A stretch of 64,000 bases of DNA from Auanema rhodensis. Taxonomy: Eukaryota; Animalia; Nematoda. The position numbers and the translations under genes were made by a program. The stretch's first letter is position 1; the number at the start of each line of letters is the position of its first letter. Positions 1 to 13,519 of the stretch are shown piece by piece. A model generated the notes under the pieces. It was not told the DNA's origin and did no database searches. It was given only the letters and a program-made list of their open reading frames with translations. The DNA is taken from NCBI GenBank assembly GCA_964057225.1, contig OZ059898.1, positions 11,346,001 through 11,410,000 of the forward strand, in the 5' to 3' direction.

Positions 1-3000
1 CGTTTGCATATTTGTCCAGCAGAATCTTCGTAGTATGGCTTCTTTAGTTTTGTTAATTCCTTGATGTGCTCCAATTGCTGGGTCTTCGTGAAATTCTTCG
101 ATAACCTTGTTGATAAGTTCGCTTTCCCTTGGTAAAATCAAAGCTGGGTGTGGTCGTTTTCTGCTTGGTTTTGTGTATAACATGTTGTCAATGACACAAT
201 AACGATCATTAGAAAGCATGTTCTTTTTCGCTCTGTATTCTATTTCGGCGATAGTTCTCTTTATCCAAGGTGTATCCTCTTGAATTGCTCTAATGTCAGG
301 TACATTAACGAAATTAATTTGAGCTTTCGGAATTTCTTTTGTTTTCTTTTTCTTTTCCGGTTTAGGATCGTTTGCTTCATCTCCAATGTATCGTGAGAGA
401 GCATCACAGACTTTGTTTAGTCTGCCTTCTCGGTATCTTATCTCGATATCGTATTCCTGTATGACTAATTGAAATTTTGCTAGTCTTCCAAAAAGGTCTC
501 TACGAGTCAATAAGCTTGTTAATGGTCGATGGTCTGTGATACAGATTGTATGTGATCCAAGTATATATGTTCGAAACTGAGCTAAAGCGTATACGAGTCC
601 TAACGCTTCTATTTCAATAGGAGCATAGTTGCGTTCCGCTTTTACAAGTTTACGGCTTGCAAATGCAATTGGATGTAAATTTTTGAGTGGTTCATTGGGA
701 TCTTCAGGTTGTAATAACACTGCTCCCACTGCGATATTACTACCGTCACTTTCTATAATGAACATACGGTCTGATCTTGGTGGTTTTAAGACCGGTGCTT
801 GGATCAATTTTCTTTTTAATGTATCAACAGCTTGTTGACTTTTGTCATTCCATTGGAATTCCACATCAAGTTTTGTAAGGTCGTATAAAGGGCTTGCGAT
901 GTGTGCAAAATCCTTAATAAATTTCCGAAAAAATCCTACCATTCCCAAAAATGCTCTTACTCCTGTAGGTGACTTTGGAGCAGGATAGTCTTGAATGGCG
1001 GATACTTTCTGTGGATCTGGTTTGACTCCATCTCTTCCGACAATTAAACCAAGAAATTTTACTTCAGGTCTTGCAAAAGCGCATTTCTTGAGTTTAATTT
1101 TCATGCCTAATTTCTTTACTTCTCTGAGAATCTCAGCTATATCGTCAAGATGTTGTTCTGCAGTGTCTGATATAACAAGTAAATCATCCAAATAAACAAA
1201 GAGTCGGCATTTACATCGGCTTTGAAGGTATCGCACTGCTGTTTGAAAGGTATGTGGCGCTCCACATAACCCCATAGGCATCCTTCTATATTGATAAGTA
1301 CCGGTGTTTGTTGTAAATGCTGTTAATGGTCGATCTGATTTCTTTAATGCTATTTGGAAGAATCCGGATACTAAATCAAAGTTAGAAAAATATTGTGATC
1401 CGGCTGCCATATCGACAATGTCAGAGATGTTAGGTATGATGTACGTTTGCTTGCGAGTGACGTTATTTAGAGCACGGAAATCGGTTACGAAACGGAATGT
1501 TTCATCTTTCTTTTTGACTAAAACTACAGGGCTATTGAAAAGAGATGTGGATGGTTCAATTATATTTTGCTTCAGCATCTCCTGTACCTGTCTTTCGACT
1601 TCTTCTTGTTTGCCTATAGGGATACGCGTTATACGCGGTCTAGGCATGTCCATATCTGTTCTTAGAGGTATTGAATGCTCTACAGGTCCTTTAAATAGTC
1701 CTATTTGTTTATCCTCATTTAAAAATGCATCTCTATTACGTAGAATACAAAGCTGAAGAAGATCTTTTTGTTCTTTAGTTAGGTCGGCGTCTTTTAAATC
1801 AAGATCGTTCATAAAGTCCTGAGGAAAATGAGGTAATTTATTTTCCCAATCCGCTTCGGGTGGTATATAGTCTGGATTGTGTTCGGTCGTAAAGATCTCG
1901 TATTGTGGCAGTACGCCTATTTTTGCTTTGTCAATAATGTTTCCGGGTGATAGATCTATAGGATGATCAGTGTTGTTTTTGAATGTCATGGTAATTGAAT
2001 TGACGTCTCGAAATGCTGTTTCGTAGGTGGTAGATATCGTCTTTTCTTCATCGGGTTGTAGCATGGCGACTTCGTTGTGTGATATGGGTTCAGCTAACCT
2101 CACTGGTATTCTACAGGTCTGATGAGGAAAGATACATTGTGGATTTAAATTTATCAAGTTAATGACAAATGATGTTTTTCTAATATTCCCGTTATTTCCA
2201 TTGGCTAACGGTACTACGCGGTTTCCGATTTCTAACGTTTGTTTGAATGGTCGAAGTTTCATACCGATATTTTGACGATCGAGTGTTTTCATAAAATCTA
2301 ATCCAATTAATGCTGGTGATGGACAGTCTTCATCTCTTGATATGAAGAATGTATGATCTATTTCATATCCAGCAATTTCTACGGTTAAATCAATTGTTCC
2401 AAGAAATCGAAATGCTGATCCGTTTGCTGTCGTTGCAACTGATTTATCCTTTTTTACAAAATCATTCAAAGTTAAGTAATGTAATGTCGAAAGTCTGATA
2501 TAACTAATCGATGATCCTGAATCCCAAAGAGTTAGGATTAGTCTATCGTTAACAGTCATCAATAGCAGTGGTAGAGTTTGATCTTTGCGATTGGAAACTG
2601 AACAAACTATGGGCATAGCTAGTGGAACTAAAGTGAGAAACGATGGATAGTACTGTTTCATTATATTCTTTGGTATTGGCTGATCAGGTTGACTTACTAG
2701 CTCTAATGTTTCTTCATATGTGGGAAGATCGTTGGTTTGATCTCGGAGTTCGATATGCATGACTTGCATGCCTATTGGTTTGAAGAAATATATTTTCGCA
2801 ACGAAGGCTAGTACGATCAGTATAACTACAATAATTGTAATTGCTCCAATAGTGATGAGTGTTCGTTCAATCGTTCCTGCTATTGTATCGACGAATGAAT
2901 TCCATGTACTTTTGGTGAATTCATTGGCTTTGGAGATGTAATCACTACTTTTCTTCAATATGCTGAATGCTGATGATATTTTTGGATCATGATGAATTGT

Positions 3001-6000
3001 GTGAAGCACGTGATTTTGACGAATCGATGCTAAACTAGCACCATAAGCAATGGCTGTTGTCATTGAGTACACTCGAGATGATAAGTTGGTGTATAAGTGT
3101 GCTCCGGTGAATTTTAATGGTGTGATCTTTTCATGATGGAGTCCGTCCCACATGGATATGAGACTGACGTCTACAGTACCATTAATTCCTTTCCATTCAC
3201 CGTCTGTTGACCATACGTCTGTTGGTACGTGATCACAGTTAATTTCTTTACCATGAGGTAATAGGTCTTTCGATCCTGGTGCGGCAAACAGTAATTGTCC
3301 TTCTTGTGTTAATACAGGGGTTTCGAGATAACATGTGCCATTCACAGTGTGATTGTGATATATATTCTTTTGTAATACTACCGGGCAAACATGTATATGT
3401 AATATCTCGCTGCCTACAAATCTTGCGGCTATATCTTCTCTTCCCAGTATTGTACGCATAGCTATTGTTGGTTCAATTTGTAAAATTGATCTCCATAATT
3501 CAAGATACCTATTTTGGATCTCACATATTGATTCGTATAACTCTTTAAAATGTTTCTGCAGTTCTTCTTGAATCATAGTTGTAGCATATTGCAAATGATC
3601 TTGTGCAATTCTGCTTGTTATGTTTTGGCGAAACTGTTGTTCAGAGTCAACTTTTGTGGCAATGTATTGAGCATTAGCCTGTACAGACTCTATATCGGTG
3701 GCTGTAGGCGTTGATGATGCTCTATGTTTACGAATCAAAGATATTGGTGTATATGTAGTTTCTTCCATTATTGGAATTTGTTGATCTTGATGAACAGCGT
3801 AGAGTATAGTAGTTGGCGGCGCGCGGGTCGATATTGTTGCGCGCGCGGTTGTCGTTGCGGTTGTATGGCGCGCCGTTGTTTCGGGCTGGGCCATCGATGA
3901 AGGCGCGCGCGCGGTAGTTGCTGCGGCTGCCCGAGGGCTTGTAGATGTTTGCGGCAGTATTGCGGGATCTGTTGTGATCAGCGCCTCACGATCGATTATA
4001 GGGAGGGCTGCCATCTCGACCGCGCCGCCTGCCGCGTTGCTCGGCGCACGCGTCGTGGTTTGCAACGATTTAAGTTGGATTTTCTCTGTCATTAATCTTT
4101 TTAACTGTTCTGATGATATTCTACTAGATGTATTAGGCAAAATATTATCGTTTAGTAGTGGTAAAAATATTTCCAATAATAAGTCCTTAGAGATGTTGTT
4201 GGGCTCTATGAGCTTGGGATGTGGTCCAATTGGTATTCCAAAATTATTCTTGATGTCATAGAACAATTTATCCGTATCAAGTACAAACATTCGTGAAGAT
4301 GGAAGGTTTATAAATTTTATGTCATCAATATCAGCTGCTGTTTTATTTCTTCTAAGCGTAACGAGAGTTTTTAGCTCATGTACAAGGTCAATTGTATCTT
4401 TTATAAATTTGCTGTTTCTTTCTTCTTGATCAGTTAATAATTGTTTTCTTATTGGTGGCATTTTTACGAATGCTTTCAATATTTCTTGTCTTGATGGAAC
4501 TGTTAATTTGTCTTCAATTATAACTGGTGTATTGGCTAAATCAAGAGCAATAGTTTCAGCACGCTCTCGATAAGTGCCTTCTTTTGTACGAATTAACCGA
4601 TCAAATTCAATAACGGTCAAACGATCTGATATTTGTTGAAGAAGTTGCCTGGATGTTAAATAAGATATTCCAGCTTTAGTAGCTAAAGCTAATTCTCTTT
4701 GAGCAACATATTGTAAAATGGCTTCGTCTTTATCACGGAAATCATATTGTTTGAGAAAATGTCTTAAAGATTTCTCATAAATTTGAATTTTAAAGAAAAA
4801 TTCAAAATTTTCACGATGGGCTATTATCCATTCTTTCAAGGAATATGTAGGGTCTACCATACGTCTTCCTTTAATTAGAGGAATAATTTGTGTAATTCCT
4901 GGATTACTCATAAGTGGTCTTAAAAATGGATATGGGCAAATTCGAAGCGTGTACGTTTCAAAATCTTCAACTTCATTTATTCTATCCTGATCGAATGGGA
5001 ATGAGCATTTTGTAGAAGTTGCGCGTTTAGGTCTTTTGAACGGCAATTTCTTAAATTCTCGTTCAATTAGGAGTGTGATATTGTTATCGTTAGGATATTT
5101 GGGGAATGTTATATAATTTCCTGATGTTGTATGGAATGCTGGTTGTCTAAAGCAGGATGCAATTGGTTTTGGTGTTATTTTACTCGAAAGGATAAGCGCT
5201 GATTGTGTACTTGGAATCAAAATAGTTTCTTTGCTTATTATAGCATCGTAGTAATGCATATCGATATAATTACAACGGGAATCCGATGTTTGGGGATCCC
5301 ATATAATTATTGATGTATTTGATCTGCAATTACCATGATGAGCACTACAACCTTCAGTGTTTAGTATTAAATTGGATAATATTGTATCATCGGGCATGCG
5401 GGTCATGACTCCGCGCTCTAGTACTAAACGCGGCCGCTCCTCGCACTCGTCGCGGCTAAACGCGCGCGCCGGATCATAGGAGGGCTCTGGGGTTGCTTGT
5501 GCTATACTATCGATTCTCTCCAGCTCCATGTTATTCCATTTGCGATCGCGAATCGCCTGCCTGCACTCGTGCGCCGCTATAGGCTGCACCCTATCGATTG
5601 TTCTGTTTGTGTCGCGGAGGAATAACAAATCGCGTACACACAGCTTGTGTACTTCCTTCGAGCAGCGCCACGCGTCCCACTCGTGTGCCGTGTGGTTTCG
5701 CGTGTATAGATGGATTTGTGTACGTAGCACATGATTTGTTTCTGTTAATTTACATTTCTTTACTACTGGTGGAACTAATAAGGCTCCTCCAGTTGCTTTT
5801 GTGCAAATTTGATATGAAGTTACACATGGCAGGAAAATTGCTACTGTGATTGCCATTACAACCGTTAGTGATAACGGTGAAAGGGTCACAGAGTTAATTC
5901 GTGGTGTGCTTCTATCTCGTCCTCTTGATTGATCTCTTTGATTGTTAAAATGGACTCTTCTTTGTCCGTTATGTTCATTAGTCCTTCCTCTTCTATTATT

Positions 6001-7629
6001 GTTTGAAGGATTAAAATTGTTTGAATGCCAGTTGTTATTAAATCGTCCCGAATTTCGTTCATAATTATTGTTACGGCGATAAGTAGCAAAAGAGCCGTTA
6101 CGATTTTGGTTGTTATTATATTTTGAAAAGTTTTTATTTTTCTGATAATTTTGATAATTATGATAATTTTTATTGTTTTGGTTATCACGTGGATAATTAC
6201 GGTCGAAATTTCGGTTATCTCGTCTCTCGTTTGTGCGCGCGAAAGGAGCTAGTGCTTTGTTTACAGCATTGACTAGCATGGACTGCGTGTCTGTTGTCTG
6301 GTTCATTATCGATTCTTCCCAGCGAGCGGCCTCAATCGCATCCGTGAAGGATTTTGGCTTCGCTCGAATCACAGCTGGTTTCAGAGTATTTTTTAGTCCT
6401 CTGAGGAAAGTTGATCTTAATATGTGATCTTTGTGAGGGTCATCCGTGGCAAAAGCGCTTAGTGCAATCGTTCTCAGTGATTGAGCGTAAGCGTCAATTG
6501 TCAGATCCCCTTGGGTTGTATTTTGGAGATTGATCAGCGCGGGGTCCTGATTATATTCAGGACAAAGCTTAGATGTTAGAGCTCTTAACAGGTCATTCCA
6601 TGAACCGGTGGTTTTTAATTGTTCAGGTACTTGCCTGTACGCTTCTTCCGCTGCTTCGTTTTTAAGAAGCAAAGGTAGAAGGGCTAATCTCTCCGGGATT
6701 ACCAGACCTACAGCGTTGGCAAATAGGTTGAATTTAGCCGTGAAATCTCGAAAGTTGCGACTGCCATCATAAGTTGGGCAGTAGGGTGATAACAAGGCTT
6801 GCGCTATGGTTGTTTTCCCTGCCCCAGGTAAAGAAGGTTCAGTTGCCATATTACTTGTACGGGCAGATGGCATTTTTATCACTCTGCCTGTTGTTAATGA
6901 GTTCTCAGACACAGGGGTTGTGTGTACTGAGCGGCTGGGTTGGTTTGGTGCTTTTGAACTTCCTGTTGTTGTATTTGGTAAAATTGGGGTTGAAGTTTGG
7001 TTATCAGTAATAGCAAGATGTGTATGTTCGGGTGGTTGTATGGGAGATAAATTAATGTTTGGAACCGACGAGTATCTATTCGTGTGGCTGGTGTTCAAGT
7101 TTCGATCTTTTGGTGAACGATTGAAGAGATCAGAAACTATGTTTTTAAAAGTTTGTAAACCGCCTGCACTAGTAGTGGCTACTGAAGGTGAAACTGTTGG
7201 TTCAGGGATGGACAGAGAGAGAGATGCGTCCGATTTGCTTGAGTTTTTATTTTTATTTTTCTTATTTTTATTTGAATTAGAGGAGCGTACCTTTTTAGCA
7301 GTAACTGGTGTTTGTTCTTCCACTATGACGGATGTTTCTTCTCCTCCTGGTGGTACGTAATCCTCGTCGCTTAATCGTTCAGTAGGTGAATAAGTGCCTG
7401 CACGAGGAGTAAAGAATTTGTCGGTTTTGTGCTCGGCTTTCTGCTCGTCTTCGATTATAGCGATGCTTTGTGCGCGAGCTCGGCTTCTGGTGAGTGGAGC
7501 TGAGTCTCGCAGATCAAAATCAGTTCGTGTACTGAGAGGTACAGCTGATCGGAATCGCTTATCCACTTTGGTAGCGCTCTTGGTTTGGAAAAACCTTGAG
7601 TGTTTAGTAACGTGGGGGATTTTGAGACG
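1..7629 (-). CDS. Family A Gag-Env-Pol polyprotein (partial, runs off window start; no AUG at 5' end)
   Basis: Spot translations share one frame: GINKTKEAILRRFCW (IN Zn-finger region, 1-60), FVYLDD (~1183-1200), LWDSGS (~2515-2530), KRPKR (5023-5037), CPTYDGSRNFRDF (~6745-6780), KVDKRF (~7555-7570). Upstream stop at 7630-7632; first AUGs at 6873 and 6849. Absence from the ORF track fits an ORF open to the window edge. Confidence 0.88.
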
Positions 7630-8931
7630 TTAATGAGTGTTATGGATAAGGAATTTTGGAAAAGAGGTGAGAAAGCTGTGAGTAACTGGTTTGTATAGTC
7701 GGCGTTAAGGAATGAATCTAAGTTGTGGCCTTTAACAGAGATCCGCCTACTACCGTATGAAAATTTGGACTTTGTTCGCTCTCCAATTTAATATTCTTAA
7801 ATGTATATAATTCAACCAGTTTGTATATGTTCAAAAATGTTCAGTGCTCACTTGATTGATGCCTGAGAAATCTCATTAGTCCTTATTCCCATTTTTTTTT
7901 CTTTTTCTGACAATTCTGATCTTCTTGGACCCACGAGTGATCGAAAATGCCACGAAAATGGACTTTGGTAAATGTTCAAAGGATTTTAGCGGTTTTCATA
8001 ATGTACATTCGTAATAGCATTACTCTTTTAAGGAAGCAATTTGGAAAACGAATGAGTACCGTAGTCCCATCATGATCAGAAATCTAGTTTTAAAATTATG
8101 GCTAGGAATAGATGACTAAAGATTACAATAACTATATTTAAAGAATTATGGTGTTTAGGAATGAGTCTTATGCTTCAAAACAACAATAACAGTATGAGGA
8201 AGGTGACATATAGTAAGGGGAGAAAATCCAAACTGATATGCTTAAGCCAACACGACCTGATAGACAATCACTAATAATAATTCAGTTCGTAAAATTGTAC
8301 AGGATTTTTCGGACTATAGCGATCTTGAAATTCACTTTTCATAATATTCCTCCCATTTAGGTGAGGTTTCCCGTGTAAATTCAATGCGTTATCAAAATAT
8401 TTTTGGATGTTAATGGCAAAAAGTTGTCTGAACAGAAATGTAACGCAAAATAAAATAGTCCTGATCGCAAAATATGAAATAATCTCAATTTGGTGCGCAA
8501 AATTGTTTCATCCACAAAAATAAAGAAATAACCGTGGCTATTCTTTCCTCGAAGCCAAAATCAATCCTTAAAAGGAGAAAGTGTGGGCATAAATCTCAAT
8601 AAAAATTATCCTTCGGTGAATTTGTTCACTAATTCATCCTAGGGTCCTCAAAAATGCTTCGAGTTCGGGTAACAGAGTATTCGATGTTAACAGCAAGGAT
8701 ATAAAAATTGTTGGGTTCAGACAGACAGAAAATTGTGAACAAACGGGAAAATATAACTTCAGTTTCAAAAAATATAAAATATCCATCTCCAAAAGGAGTG
8801 GTCCTTGCATCTGTTCCCTTTTAAACGTTGTTGGCCCCACCGTATTGTGTTAAGACATGGAGTAGATGGTGTAGAGATATAAGAGAATTCAGATTCAATG
8901 AAATGTAGTAAAAATAACGAAATATAAGAGA
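1..8931 (-). mobile_element. Ty3/Gypsy LTR retrotransposon family A, autonomous type; 3' part outside window, 5' LTR and PBS deleted
   Basis: Minus-strand ORF collinear with the family B polyprotein. 7291-8931 is nearly identical to the leader and ORF start of the LTR-bounded 3.3-kb elements, but stops about 55 nt before the PBS. Confidence 0.95.
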
Positions 8932-9042
8932 CTGCATGTATAAGGAATATACTTTACAGTTAAAGTGATAGACGCAATGATCTCGTACTTTTTGGAATAA
9001 GATCAAATGGGATCAAAAAATTGATTTGTCATGCAAAATATT

Positions 9043-9124
9043 CGCAGTCAGCAGGATTCGAACCTACGCGGGCAGAGCCCAATTGATTTCTAGTCAATCT
9101 CCTGAACCACTCGGACATGACTGC
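9043..9124 (-). tRNA. tRNA-Ser(AGA), first copy (D-loop region variant TTCAGG)
   Basis: One substitution against the array consensus. Confidence 0.9.
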
Positions 9125-9223
9125 TCGTAAAAGGAATATACTTTACAGTTAAAGTGATACACGCAATGATTTCGTACTTTTTGGAATAAGATCAAAAGGG
9201 ATCAAAAAATTGAATTCTCATGC

Positions 9224-9227
9224 AAAA
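9224..9227 (-). terminator. Pol III T4 terminator (representative, present in each unit)
   Basis: Minus strand ...GACTGCG-AATA-TTTT, with a backup T4-T6 run about 20 nt further downstream. Confidence 0.75.
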
Positions 9228-9231
9228 TATT

Positions 9232-9313
9232 CGCAGTCAGCAGGATTCGAACCTACGCGGGCAGAGCCCAATTGATTTCTAGTCAATCTCCTTAACCACT
9301 CGGACATGACTGC
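9232..9313 (-). tRNA. tRNA-Ser(AGA), representative consensus copy
   Basis: GCAGTCATGTCCGAGTGGTTAAGGAGATTGACTAGAAATCAATTGGGCTCTGCCCGCGTAGGTTCGAATCCTGCTGACTGCG: acceptor stem, AGA anticodon, long variable arm, B-box GGTTCGAATCC, G discriminator. Matches my recollection of C. elegans tRNA-Ser(AGA). Confidence 0.98.
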
Positions 9314-12300
9314 TTGTAAAAGTAATATACTTTACAGTTAAAGTGATAGCCGCAATGATTTCGTACATATTAGAATTAGATCAAAAAGCATCAAAAAATT
9401 GATTTGTCATGCAAAATATTCGCAGTCAGCAGGATTCGAACCTACGCGGGCAGAGCCCAATTGATTTCTAGTCAATCTCCTTAACCACTCGGACATGACT
9501 GCTTGTAAAAGTAATATACTTTACAGTTAAAATGATAGACGCAATGATCTCGTACTATTTGGAATAAGATCAAAAGGGATCAAAAAGTTGATTTCTCATG
9601 CAAAATATTCGCAGTCAGCAGGATTCGAACCTACGCGTGCAGAGCCCAATTGATTTCTAGTCAATCTCCTTAACCACTCGGACATGACTGCTTGTAGAAG
9701 GAATTTACTTTACAGTTAAAGTGGTAGACGCAATGATCTCGTACTTTTTGGAATAAGAACAAATGGGATCAAAAAATTGATTTCTCATGCAAAATATTTG
9801 CAGTCAGCATGATTCGAACCTACGCGGGCAGAGCCCAATTGATTTCTAGTCAATCTCCTTAACCACTCGGACATGACTGCTTGTAAAAGTAATATACTTT
9901 ACAGTTAAAATGATAGACGCAATGATCTCGTACTATTTGGAATAAGATCAAAAGGGATCAAAAAGTTGATTTCTCATGCAAAATATTCGCAGTCAGCAGG
10001 ATTCGAACCTACGCGTGCAGAGCCCAATTGATTTCTAGTCAATCTCCTTAACCACTCGGACATGACTGCTTGTAGAAGGAATTTACTTTACAGTTAAAGT
10101 GGTAGACGCAATGATCTCGTACTTTTTGGAATAAGAACAAATGGGATCAAAAAATTGATTTCTCATGCAAAATATTTGCAGTCAGCATGATTCGAACCTA
10201 CGCGGGCAGAGCCCAATTGATTTCTAGTCAATCTCCTTAACCACTCGGACATGACTGCTTGTAAAAGGAATATACTTTACAGTTAAAGTGATAGACGCAA
10301 TGATTTCGTACATATTGGAATTAGATCAAAAAGCATCAAAAAATTGAATTCTCATGCAAAATATTCGCAGTCAGCAGGATTCAAACCTACGCGGGCAGAG
10401 CCCAATTGATTTCTAGTCAATCTCCTTAACCACTCGGACATGACTGCTTGTAGAAGGAATATACTTTACAGTTAAAGTGATAGACGCAATAATCTCGTAC
10501 TTATTGGAATTAGATCAAAAAGCATCAAAAAAGTGATTTCTCATGCAAAATATTCGCAGTCAGCAGGATTCGAACCTACGCGGGCATAGCCCAATTGATT
10601 TCTAGTCAATCTCCTTAACCACTCGGACATGACTGCTTGTAAAAGTAATATACTTTACAGTTAAAATGATAGACGCAATGATCTCCTACTTTTTGGAATA
10701 AGATCAAAAGGGATCAAAAAATTGATTTCTCATGCAAAATATTCGCAGTCAGCAGGATTCGAACCTACGCGGGCAGAGCCCAATTGATTTCTAGTCAATC
10801 TCCTTAACCACTCGGACATGACTGCTCGTAAAAGGAATATACTTTACAGTTAAAGTGATACACGCAATGATTTCGTACTTTTTGGAATAAGATCAAAAGG
10901 GATCAAAAAATTGGATTCTCATGCAAAATATTCGCAGTCAGCAGGATTCGAACCTACGCGGGCAGAGCCCAATTGATTTCTAGTCAATCTCCTTAACCAC
11001 TCGGACATGACTGCTTGTAAAAGTAATATACTTTACAGTTAAAGTGATAGCCGCAATGATTTCGTACATATTAGAATTAGATCAAAAAGCATCAAAAAAT
11101 TGATTTGTCATGCAAAATATTCGCAGTCAGCAGGATTCGAACCTACGCGGGCAGAGCCCAATTGATTTCTAGTCAATCTCCTTAACCACTCGGACATGAC
11201 TGCTTGTAAAAGGAATATACTTTACAGTTAAAGTGATAGACGCAATGATCTCGTACTTTTTGGAATAAGATCAAAAGGGATCAAAAAATTGATTTCTCAT
11301 ACAAAATATTCGCAGTCAGCAGGATTCGAACCTACGCGGGCAGAGCCCAATTGATTTCTAGTCAATCTCCTTAACCACTCGGACATGACTGCTTGTAGAA
11401 GGAATATACTTTACAGTTAAAGTGATAGACGCAATGATCTCGTACTATTTGGAATAAGATCAAAAGGGATCAAAAAGTTGATTTGTCATGCAAAATATTC
11501 GCAGTCAGCAGGATTCGAACCTACGCGGGCAGAGCCCATTTGATTTCTAGTCAATCTCCTTAACCACTCGGACATGACTGCTTGTAGAAGGAATATACTT
11601 TACAGTTAAAGTGATAGACGCAATGATCTCGTACTTTTTGGAATAAGATCGAAAGGGATCAAAAAATTGATTTCTCATGCAAAATATTCGCAGTCAGCAG
11701 GATTCGAACCTACGCGGGCAGAGCCCAATTGATTTCTAGTCAATCTCCTTAACCACTCGGACATGACTGCATGTATAAGGAATATACTTTACAGTTAAAG
11801 TGATAGACGCAATGATCTCGTACTTTTTGGAATAAGATCAAATGGGATCAAAAAATTGATTTGTCATGCAAAATATTCGCAGTCAGCAGGATTCGAACCT
11901 ACGCGGGCAGAGCCCAATTGATTTCTAGTCAATCTCCTGAACCACTCGGACATGACTGCTCGTAAAAGGAATATACTTTACAGTTAAAGTGATACACGCA
12001 ATGATTTCGTACTTTTTGGAATAAGATCAAAAGGGATCAAAAAATTGAATTCTCATGCAAAATATTCGCAGTCAGCAGGATTCGAACCTACGCGGGCAGA
12101 GCCCAATTGATTTCTAGTCAATCTCCTTAACCACTCGGACATGACTGCTTGTAAAAGTAATATACTTTACAGTTAAAGTGATAGCCGCAATGATTTCGTA
12201 CATATTAGAATTAGATCAAAAAGCATCAAAAAATTGATTTGTCATGCAAAATATTCGCAGTCAGCAGGATTCGAACCTACGCGGGCAGAGCCCAATTGAT

Positions 12301-13519
12301 TTCTAGTCAATCTCCTTAACCACTCGGACATGACTGCTTGTAAAAGTAATATACTTTACAGTTAAAATGATAGACGCAATGATCTCGTACTATTTGGAAT
12401 AAGATCAAAAGGGATCAAAAAGTTGATTTCTCATGCAAAATATTCGCAGTCAGCAGGATTCGAACCTACGCGTGCAGAGCCCAATTGATTTCTAGTCAAT
12501 CTCCTTAACCACTCGGACATGACTGCTTGTAGAAGGAATTTACTTTACAGTTAAAGTGGTAGACGCAATGATCTCGTACTTTTTGGAATAAGAACAAATG
12601 GGATCAAAAAATTGATTTCTCATGCAAAATATTTGCAGTCAGCATGATTCGAACCTACGCGGGCAGAGCCCAATTGATTTCTAGTCAATCTCCTTAACCA
12701 CTCGGACATGACTGCTTGTAAAAGGAATATACTTTACAGTTAAAGTGATAGACGCAATGATTTCGTACATATTGGAATTAGATCAAAAAGCATCAAAAAA
12801 TTGAATTCTCATGCAAAATATTCGCAGTCAGCAGGATTCAAACCTACGCGGGCAGAGCCCAATTGATTTCTAGTCAATCTCCTTAACCACTCGGACATGA
12901 CTGCTTGTAGAAGGAATATACTTTACAGTTAAAGTGATAGACGCAATAATCTCGTACTTATTGGAATTAGATCAAAAAGCATCAAAAAAGTGATTTCTCA
13001 TGCAAAATATTCGCAGTCAGCAGGATTCGAACCTACGCGGGCAGAGCCCAATTGATTTCTAGTCAATCTCCTTAACCACTCGGACATGACTGCTTGTAGA
13101 AGGAATTTACTTTACAGTTAAAGTGGTAGACGCAATGATCTCGTACTTTTTGGAATAAGATCAAATGGGATCAAAAAATTGATTTCTCATGCAAAATATT
13201 CGCAGTCAGCATGATTCGAACCTACGCGGGCAGAGCCCAATTGATTTCTAGTCAATCTCCTTAACCACTCGGACATGACTGCTTGTAGAAGGAATATACT
13301 TTACAGTTGAAGTGATAGACGCAATGATCTTGTACTTTTTGGAATAAGATATAAATGGGATCAAAAAATTGATTTCTCATGCAAAATATTCGCAGTCAGC
13401 AGGATTCGAACCTACGCGGGCAGAGCCCAATTGATTTCTAGTCAATCTCCTTAACCACTCGGACATGACTGCTTGTAGAAGGAATATACTTTACAGTTAA
13501 AGTGATAGACGCAATGATC

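Larger units (their letters stand above)
8932..13519 (-). repeat. tRNA-Ser(AGA) tandem array block 1, 24 genes, 189-bp unit
   Basis: Genes at 9043-9124, 9232-9313 ... 13391-13472. Confidence 0.97.

Noticed and set aside
629-7633. Short plus-strand ORFs in the track
   Set aside because: Antisense shadows of the family A polyprotein; likewise 52207-57954 minus-strand ORFs for family B.
9232-9313. tRNA-derived SINE or suppressor tRNA
   Set aside because: No SINE body, tail or TSD; the anticodon is AGA in every copy I read.
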